From Dehalococcoidia bacterium (GTDB taxonomy: Bacteria; Chloroflexota; Dehalococcoidia; Lucifugimonadales; G958296245), in assembly GCA_965262055.1 (NCBI GenBank), contig CBDHEI010000002.1, positions 1,108,202-1,172,201 of the forward strand: a stretch of 64,000 bases of DNA. Reading direction: 5' to 3'. Made by a program: the position numbers and the translations under genes. Under the pieces are notes generated by a model that did no database searches, was not told the origin of the DNA, and worked only from the letters and a program-made list of their open reading frames with translations. Positions 50,408 through 57,233 of the stretch are shown here, piece by piece. Position 1 is the first letter of the stretch, and each line of letters starts with the position of its first letter.

Positions 50408-50817
50408 CCCAGTCACCTCCCGCGATCGTTGGGCCATGGGAGGACCTCGAGCGTGGTGTCTTCTCCAGCAGGAATGCAAGTAGGGCTCGGCGCTCCCGTA
50501 CGCCGCATCACGTTTTTCTGACTGAGCCGGGCCAACCCAATATCTCGGTCGATCGGCTGAGCACGGCCCCTCCTTCGGATGCGGCGGCTATCGGCGACAG
50601 GGTGGCCTCGGCCCGCACCGCCACGTTCTACGGATGGGCCGTCGTCACTGTCGGAGGGGCCAGCGCCAATAGCAGGCAGGTAGTTTCCGCCCCTCTAATC
50701 GACAACCCATTTCACGCGAACATCGTCCTGCCTGGACCTGCAGCCGAAGATCGGGAGGAACAGAAGCGGCACGCGCAGGAGCTAGCGGATGCTTCGCGCT
50801 GGCGTGAACGACCATAG
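50404..50817 (+). CDS. hypothetical protein, TTG start overlapping the upstream stop (TTGA)
   Basis: The frame carries ...ISVDRLSTAPPSDAAAIGDRVAS...FYGWAVVTVGGASANSRQVVSAPLIDNPFHANIVLP..., a motif pattern I recall from uncharacterised proteins. There is no ATG, and TTG at 50404 overlaps the TGA of the previous gene. Confidence 0.4.
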   Translation: MTQSPPAIVGPWEDLERGVFSSRNASRARRSRTPHHVFLTEPGQPNISVDRLSTAPPSDAAAIGDRVASARTATFYGWAVVTVGGASANSRQVVSAPLIDNPFHANIVLPGPAAEDREEQKRHAQELADASRWRERP

Positions 50818-50837
50818 GGCGGCCTTGGGCGGCACGT

Positions 50838-51473
50838 CTACGCGTCCCGATTAGCAGCGTCGCGCAGCTCGGCCAGGGCGCGTATGCACCTCGACAGGCT
50901 TGGTGACACCTCTACTGCAGAAGAGGGCTGCCACTGCCCACGTCCCTGTTTGCCGACGAACTCGGACATACGGGACGTGTAGGCGGGGCCCACGGATGCG
51001 CCGCTTCCTGGCCGCGGCAGCATGTCTTCACGAATCGCTCTCCGTCGGGAGCCTCTGGCCAGATTGATGAGCGTTTCCTTGGGATCGTCGAGGTCGTCGA
51101 CGGTGCGGGGAATCCTGCTCCTCGGGACGCCCAAGAACGACGCGATTCCCGCCCGGTCGGCAAGCAGCCAGCTCTCTATCTCGCGGACTGCTACGCGGAA
51201 ACACATGTGCTCAGCCGGGGCCGAAAGCCACTCTGCCCGAAGCGACGGCGCGCATTCGAAGTCGTTATCGAGGTCCACCAGGACTATCCAGGGCGAGAAC
51301 CTCGCAGCCCGGTTGTATCCGTCGATAATGGCTTTCAGATGGGACTTGCCGTTCCTCCCAAACACCCTTCCAACGGATAGTCCGACATCCTCAGCCAGTT
51401 TGCGCAAGACTACTTCGTCGAGGGTCCCTTCGACGGCTCCGGAGACGGCTAACCTGGACTCGCCGGAGTTCAA
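50838..51473 (-). CDS. TOPRIM-like small protein (DUF4276/DUF4435-like)
   Basis: N-terminal ...AVSGAVEGTLDEVVL (conserved Glu) and ...WIVLVDLDNDFE (DxD), then ...REIESWLLAD. The TTG start overlaps the ATPase TGA stop (TTGA). Confidence 0.6.
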   Translation of the reverse strand: MNSGESRLAVSGAVEGTLDEVVLRKLAEDVGLSVGRVFGRNGKSHLKAIIDGYNRAARFSPWIVLVDLDNDFECAPSLRAEWLSAPAEHMCFRVAVREIESWLLADRAGIASFLGVPRSRIPRTVDDLDDPKETLINLARGSRRRAIREDMLPRPGSGASVGPAYTSRMSEFVGKQGRGQWQPSSAVEVSPSLSRCIRALAELRDAANRDA

Positions 51474-52645
51474 AGGTCTGCAAACATCGTCAACTGCTCG
51501 GAATTCTCAGGACGCGTATAGGGAATTGCTGCGTCGGCCATGCTCAGACCTGCCTCGAGCAGTCGTCGTATCTGAAGGTCCCACCCGGCGGTATGGACCT
51601 TGGTGCCCTCGTTGGCCGGTATCAACAGCAGCACCTCATCCATGCCGATGCCTGTGTCCTGGAGCAGGTCGGCCGAATGTGTGCTCATGATGATCTGCCG
51701 GCCGCTCCCCCGCTGCGCACGCGCAATCAACTGTGGGAGGTGTCGTACTACTTCGGGGTGCAGCGAAAGCTCCGGCTCCTCGAGCAGGAGGGGGCCGTCG
51801 CCCTCGATAACCGACCAGAGGAACCCCAGCAGTCGAAGAGTGCCGTCGGACAACTCCCGCTCGCTCTGCCAGGCGCCCTGCGAGCGCCAGTGCTCGTATC
51901 TGCCGCGAAGGTGCGGCGTGCCGCGCTCGTCTCTCCGCAGCTCCAGGTCCTGAAGCTGCGGAACCGCCACCTGGAGGGCCTTTGTTATGCGGCGCAGCCG
52001 GGAACGGAGGGTCCTAGTCTGAGTGCGCGCTAGCTGGTCGAGGAAGTCGCCCCCAAAGGGATCGTTCTCACGGCCGATCGAACGGTCCGGATCACGAACA
52101 AGCTGGGGGACTATGTGCCTATAGCGAACCGAGCCTAGGAAATCGACCAGCTCCCTAAACTCCCTGTTGACGTTTACTTGCTCCAGGTACGTCTGCGACT
52201 TTCTTTGAGGGTCGGCCTCGTCCTCCGCGTTTGGCCTCTGGAAGAGGACCTCGCCGTTGTGTAGGACGGTCTCCTCCTTGATAAACGGGCGGCGGATGTT
52301 GTCCTGGGCAAATCGGAGGTGGTACTCCCAGCGGCCCTCGCTCTCGTCATCGCCTACCACCACGCGAACTCCGATGTCGGGGTAGCGCCGGGCGGCTAGG
52401 GCACGCATCCCGGACACACCGCCACGCTTCCTGACGGCTTCCTGGAACCCGCCGCCGACAGCCGCGATGTCATAGAGGAAGCGGAACGCATCGAGGAGAT
52501 TGGACTTGCCAGATGCGTTGGGGCCGACGAGGAACGTGCGCCGTTGCAGCTCCACGTCGGCGCTCACGAAGTTTCGCCAGTTCTCCAGCAACAGCCCCGT
52601 GAACCGGTACGTCCTTCGGTTGTCCTGCCTCTTGCGACCGGCCAT
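51470..52645 (-). CDS. ABC/SMC-type AAA ATPase (AAA_15/AAA_21-like; AriA/AbiLi/OLD-ATPase-like)
   Basis: Walker A GPNASGKSN, Walker B LLLLEEPELSLHP, H-loop IIMSTHS. Confidence 0.75.
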   Translation of the reverse strand: MAGRKRQDNRRTYRFTGLLLENWRNFVSADVELQRRTFLVGPNASGKSNLLDAFRFLYDIAAVGGGFQEAVRKRGGVSGMRALAARRYPDIGVRVVVGDDESEGRWEYHLRFAQDNIRRPFIKEETVLHNGEVLFQRPNAEDEADPQRKSQTYLEQVNVNREFRELVDFLGSVRYRHIVPQLVRDPDRSIGRENDPFGGDFLDQLARTQTRTLRSRLRRITKALQVAVPQLQDLELRRDERGTPHLRGRYEHWRSQGAWQSERELSDGTLRLLGFLWSVIEGDGPLLLEEPELSLHPEVVRHLPQLIARAQRGSGRQIIMSTHSADLLQDTGIGMDEVLLLIPANEGTKVHTAGWDLQIRRLLEAGLSMADAAIPYTRPENSEQLTMFADL

Positions 52646-52672
52646 CAGAACCTCGCGCGCCTCGTTCCGATT

Positions 52673-54313
52673 CTACACCGTGTCGTCCATGGCGGCCTGG
52701 CGGCCTTCGGGGCGCTGGACGCGCTGGGCGGGCTGGTACATGGACGGGGCGTACGGGATGTCGAACTCGTTGCCGGCGAGAAGCTCGGCGACGGTGCGTA
52801 TCTGCATCCTGGGGTAGTCGCGCTGCCATATGTCCGAGTGGTAGAAGCCGGCGCTGGCGGCCTCGGCGCCCATGGCGCGGGTCGGCTCCTCCAGGGTGAT
52901 GAAGAGGCCCAGGTCGGCCTTCTCGCGCTCGACGGTCCCCTTCAGGTCGCGTATATGGGGCGATGAGACCTTGCCGCTCTTGACCTGCACTATGGCTTTC
53001 CTGGTAGAGCGGCGCGGGCCGTCGATGAAGTGGACTACGCCGTCGATACCCCTGTCTGCGCCCCGGCGCCGGTCCTGCTCACGGGGCATCGCCTCCAGGA
53101 GGGACATGGCCCAGTACTGGAACTGGTAGCGGTCCTGCTCGGCCAGGGCGCGGGCGCCGCCGACGTCCGTGGGCTCGCCGACGACCTCGTAGTCTGTGCC
53201 GGGGTGGAGGTCGAAGGCGGTCCTGAGCCGGCTCTTCATCAGGGCGACGGCAAGGTGGGTGACGTCGATGCCCACCCAGCGGCGCTTCAGGTTCTCGGCG
53301 GCCGCCACGGCGGTGCCGCAGCCGCAGAATGGGTCGAGCACCACGTCGCCCTCGTTGGAGGACGCCTCTATGATGCGCTCCAAGAGGGCCTGCGGCTTCT
53401 GGGTGGGGAAACCTAGACGCTCTGCGTTGGAACCAGATAACGAATATATGTCCGCCCACACATCTTGTATGGGAACCCCACGAGACTCATCCAAATATAG
53501 CTTCCGGCGAGGATATCCAGTCCTCGAATAATACAGCCGGTTTTCTTCATCCAGTCGGTGCATCGTCTCCCGGTTGTATCGCCATGCTCTCACGTGTCCA
53601 TTCCACTCATACACAGGGTTACCTTTCTCGGCACCCCCCGGTCCAGTCAGTGGGGTCGTCGTAAACTTCCTCCCTGTGTCCTCATCGACGTACCTATATG
53701 TGCTCTTGACATACTCCTCGTCCAACGGAGTGAATCCTTGGTGCCACGTGACCGAACCAGTCTTGCCATAAAGCAAGATGATGTCATGCACTCTACCGAA
53801 TCGGGTAGAACCCTGACCGACATCGTTGTGAGCACCATAACGCTTCCACGTAATCTCATTCCGGAAATTATCTGCCCCGAACACTGCGTCCATGAGCAGC
53901 TTGAGGTAGTGGCCGGCCGTCGGGTCACAGTGGAGGTATATGGAGCCGGTGGGATTGAGGACGCGGCGCAGCTCGACGAGGCGGGGCGTCATCATGACGA
54001 GGTAGGCCATCATGGCGTTGCTGCCGATGAACTGGCGAAAGGCGGAGACCATCTCCTTGACGTTTGCGGGCGTGCCGGGGTTGGTGATGATCTCCTGCTC
54101 GTAGGTGCGCTCGGCCTCCTGCGTCCACTCCCAGGTGTCGGTGAAGGCCCTGATCTGGGCGGGGGAGGCCTCGCCGGACTGCTCCTTGAACAGCACGTTG
54201 TAGTTGGCGTTGGAGTTGAAGGGCGGGTCGAGGTAAACGAGGTCGACCGACTCGTCGGGGACGTGCTGCCGGAGGATGTCGAGGTTGTCGCCGTAGTAGA
54301 GGGTGTTGTTCAT
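52673..54313 (-). CDS. beta-class N6A/N4C DNA methyltransferase fused to a C-terminal Mrr-like PD-(D/E)xK domain
   Basis: MNNTLYYGDNLDIL..., motif IV DLVYLDPPF, motif I VVLDPFCGCGTA. The C-terminus ...RGIDGVVHF...AIVQVKSGKVSSPHIRDLKGTV...GLFITLEEPT resembles Mrr_cat. The ORF opens at 54361, but ATG 54313 follows GGGGGTGGAG. Confidence 0.8.
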   Translation of the reverse strand: MNNTLYYGDNLDILRQHVPDESVDLVYLDPPFNSNANYNVLFKEQSGEASPAQIRAFTDTWEWTQEAERTYEQEIITNPGTPANVKEMVSAFRQFIGSNAMMAYLVMMTPRLVELRRVLNPTGSIYLHCDPTAGHYLKLLMDAVFGADNFRNEITWKRYGAHNDVGQGSTRFGRVHDIILLYGKTGSVTWHQGFTPLDEEYVKSTYRYVDEDTGRKFTTTPLTGPGGAEKGNPVYEWNGHVRAWRYNRETMHRLDEENRLYYSRTGYPRRKLYLDESRGVPIQDVWADIYSLSGSNAERLGFPTQKPQALLERIIEASSNEGDVVLDPFCGCGTAVAAAENLKRRWVGIDVTHLAVALMKSRLRTAFDLHPGTDYEVVGEPTDVGGARALAEQDRYQFQYWAMSLLEAMPREQDRRRGADRGIDGVVHFIDGPRRSTRKAIVQVKSGKVSSPHIRDLKGTVEREKADLGLFITLEEPTRAMGAEAASAGFYHSDIWQRDYPRMQIRTVAELLAGNEFDIPYAPSMYQPAQRVQRPEGRQAAMDDTV

Positions 54314-54353
54314 AGCAGCAACTCCACCCCCATTCGGGCATAACCCGCGCCCA

Positions 54354-54614
54354 TCATCCACGCTCCTTGAGGAACGTATCCAAGGCGCCGTCCACGCACA
54401 CGCCGCCCTCGAATGGAGTCCTTGGCTTACGAGGCCGGACCAGGACCCCTCTCCGCTCTAACTCCTGGACCCTCCGCTCCATCATCACTAGTCTCTCCAG
54501 CGGACTGGTTTCTGAGACCTGCCCGCCCTCTCCGACGCTCACGCTGATGCGCAGCGGCTGCAGGCAGTCGTGCCCAACGGACAGTCCCGAGCGAGGCAGG
54601 TTATTCATTGGCAT
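54354..54614 (-). CDS. small hypothetical protein (coiled-coil-like ERLVMMERRVQELERRG)
   Basis: 86-aa ORF immediately upstream of the MTase on the same strand. No family recognised. It could start at the internal MM. Confidence 0.3.
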   Translation of the reverse strand: MPMNNLPRSGLSVGHDCLQPLRISVSVGEGGQVSETSPLERLVMMERRVQELERRGVLVRPRKPRTPFEGGVCVDGALDTFLKERG

Positions 54615-54693
54615 CTTCTTCCCCTACGTCCGCTACTATTGCCAGCCATCCAGGGTCAATCAGGCCCGCTGGCGCATCCGTGGCCACTCATGG

Positions 54694-55233
54694 CTAGCCA
54701 AAGGCTGCGGCGGCCTTTCCCCGCAGCTTGCCTATCTCCTCGACGGCCTCGCGGGCGTCGGGGACGGAGATGTGAGGCTTGATCTCGTTGATTCTCCGGG
54801 CGACCTTGCTGTCTTCCATGCCTGGGTGCTCAGTCTGTATGAGGAACGTTGTAGATAAACGCTCGAGGGAACGCACCACCTCGGTGGATAGCTCCCTGGC
54901 GACGAATTCGACGGCAGCGTCGTATTGCGACACGAGGCCAAGGTCGAGCTCGCCCCGCGGCCCAAGGATAACCGAGGGGCCGTAAGGATAGCGGGGCTCA
55001 ACGTCCAACTGGAAGCGGGCACCCATGACGGCCATCTCGCGCTGCAAGTCAAAGCTGTACGGGCCGTGCTTGTAGAGTATGAAGTCATAGCCCGCCGGGA
55101 CCTTCATCAGATTCTGGAGGAAGTAGAGGCACTTCTGTATATGCGTCTCGCCCGTCCAACTCCCCGCGCCTCGCATCGCCTTCACCAAGCGGCAGACGAG
55201 GGCCCTGCGCTCCTTCTGCGTCATCGGCTCCAT
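54694..55233 (-). CDS. YwgA-like / SocA (Panacea, DUF4065)-like protein
   Basis: ETHIQKCLYFLQNLMKVPAGYDFILYKHGPYSFDLQREM matches the QK.LYF....P....F..Y.(H/Y)GP(Y)S..L core. ATG 55233 follows AGGAGG and lies 4 nt after the HD gene stop. Confidence 0.6.
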   Translation of the reverse strand: MEPMTQKERRALVCRLVKAMRGAGSWTGETHIQKCLYFLQNLMKVPAGYDFILYKHGPYSFDLQREMAVMGARFQLDVEPRYPYGPSVILGPRGELDLGLVSQYDAAVEFVARELSTEVVRSLERLSTTFLIQTEHPGMEDSKVARRINEIKPHISVPDAREAVEEIGKLRGKAAAAFG

Positions 55234-55237
55234 GGGG

Positions 55238-56587
55238 TCACCCTCCTGTGTCCTGGGACAAGATGTGTCCCCTATTTTCTCCAAACCACCTCAAGGCATC
55301 CTCATATATCTCTGGGTCGATGAGGACGACACCGGTGTCCACGATGGGAATCTGGCGCAGAACATTCGAGGCCGCGTGGGAAGATACCACCTCTCCCTCC
55401 AAACTGCGAACAGGGAAGTGGGGGACCTGCCTACTCTGAGTGTACTCGGCCATGTGGACCTTGTCCTTGCCATACTTCTCGCCGCAGGCCTGAATCGCAG
55501 CGGTGAGAGGGTCTCCGTATTGGGCTTTGTCCTCGTGCGTTGGGCTGTACAGCCGTCGAAAGTGGTGCCTGTTCACAATCCTGTACGCAGCTTCATGCCC
55601 GGGGGCGGATGGGCTTTGGGCAGCCTGCGATATGGCGTTAAGCACTTCGTTGTCGTTAAGCCGCTGGTGCATAACCGTATCCGTCGAGAAGCGGCCACAC
55701 GGCAGCCAGGCCTGTAGGAATTGTTGAAGGTGAAAGTCGTAGGCCAGCCTTACGCGGTGGTAGTAGACCTGCATGAACATGAAGTATCGCGCTAGGAGCA
55801 TGGCTTCGGCAGCGTGAATCCCGCCACCTTCTACGCCCAAGGCCGGTTCGTCAGCCCGTTCGCTGGATGGCAATACCCTGATGGTATCTACCAATCTGTA
55901 ATGGTCGAACTTGCCATAGGCAACTCCGGCGTGGTGTGAGTCCCTCAACAGATAATCCATCCGGTCGACGCCCAAAGTGTCACTGATGATGATCTCCGAC
56001 AGCAACGCCTCCAAGTTGGAGAATCTGGTGTCCCTCATCTTCTCCGGGCCCACGGCGATTTTCGCGACGTCCTCGGGATCGAGGAGCGGCCGCATGGTTC
56101 GCCAGACATCCTTCATTTCGTCGCCCCGAATCAATTCAGCGGTGATCCGCTCGTGGTTCCACCCGTTGGGTAGCAGCTCCTTCTCGGCGGCGTGTGAGAA
56201 TGGGAGGTGGCCGATGTCGTGGCACAGGGCAGCCATCCTCAGCACCTTGCGCCAGTAGTCCCTGCTGTCACTTCTTGTTATCTCGGGGACAACCTCCCTG
56301 ACCGATGGGTGAATGTTGTGGTCGGCCGTAACGACGTCGAAGACTCTCCCCGCTAGCTCCATCACCCCCAGGCTGTGCTCGAAGCGCTTGTGAGTCGCGC
56401 CAGGGTAGACCAAGTACGACATCGCCAACTGGTGGACGTGCCTCAACCTCTGGACCGGGCCTGAGTTGAGGACCCGTCTCTCGTCACTGTCCAACCTGAC
56501 GAAGTCGTGGATGGGATCCCGTATCTCGTGATACTGTTTCAAGCTGCCCCCTACGGCTTCACGCGGCATAAGGCCTGACGAAGGCAA
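55238..56587 (-). CDS. SAMHD1/dGTPase-like HD-domain phosphohydrolase
   Basis: IRDPIHDFV...QRLRHVHQL...THKRFEHSLGV...AALCHDIGHLPFSHAAE...GVDRMDYLLRDSHHAGV is the dNTP triphosphohydrolase-type HD signature. Confidence 0.8.
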   Translation of the reverse strand: MPSSGLMPREAVGGSLKQYHEIRDPIHDFVRLDSDERRVLNSGPVQRLRHVHQLAMSYLVYPGATHKRFEHSLGVMELAGRVFDVVTADHNIHPSVREVVPEITRSDSRDYWRKVLRMAALCHDIGHLPFSHAAEKELLPNGWNHERITAELIRGDEMKDVWRTMRPLLDPEDVAKIAVGPEKMRDTRFSNLEALLSEIIISDTLGVDRMDYLLRDSHHAGVAYGKFDHYRLVDTIRVLPSSERADEPALGVEGGGIHAAEAMLLARYFMFMQVYYHRVRLAYDFHLQQFLQAWLPCGRFSTDTVMHQRLNDNEVLNAISQAAQSPSAPGHEAAYRIVNRHHFRRLYSPTHEDKAQYGDPLTAAIQACGEKYGKDKVHMAEYTQSRQVPHFPVRSLEGEVVSSHAASNVLRQIPIVDTGVVLIDPEIYEDALRWFGENRGHILSQDTGG

Positions 56588-56697
56588 TCATAGCACATGC
56601 GTTCTCTGCATTGCAAGCATGCCTCAGCAGGGCTCAGTCCACGCGAGGCGGGACCCCTTGCGGCATGGACACTCTGCCGGCGCGTGGGGACGGCGTG

Positions 56698-57138
56698 TCA
56701 GGACTGGATCAACCCCTCCTGGGGCTGCGTCCAGGGCAGGTTGTAGACGGACGCAAACTGCGGGGCGCGCAGTATCGGCATCTCTCCGAAGGGCACGTCA
56801 ATGACCACCGGCGCTTCTCGCTCCAGGGCCAGCGGGATCAGGGTCTCCAGCTCCAGCGGGTCGTCCGCCCTCATGCCTACGGCGCCAAACGACTCGGCGA
56901 ACTTGACGAAGTCCGGGTTGTGCAGGTCGGTCCCGTACGCTCCCGGTTTCCCCGACGCCCGAGCATAACCGTCGGCCATGTAGGTCGTGGCCTGCTCATT
57001 CCGGGTCGTGACCATGCGGATGCCCGGCTCGTCGCGCAGCGCGGCGACGATCCCGTACATCTGTATGCCGGGGATCCCGAATACGACCTCGACGCCCTCC
57101 CTTACGAGCGACTTGACCAGGGCTTCGCCGCCACTCAT
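56698..57138 (-). pseudogene. thiamine-diphosphate enzyme (acetolactate-synthase-like) remnant with a large in-frame internal deletion
   Basis: About 67 N-terminal residues (MSGGEALVKSLVREGVEVVFGIPG...ADGYARASGKPGA) are joined directly to the extreme C-terminus (NPDFVKFAESFGAVGMRADDP...APVVIDVP). Roughly 400 aa of middle and PP domains are missing. Confidence 0.7.
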
Positions 57139-57233
57139 CTTGACCAGGGCTCACCCCCCTCGTTCTGTCGGGACGAGTCTATTCGCTTGACGCGGACTCG
57201 TGATATGAGCGGTATGGGAATAGCTCGCTGGAG

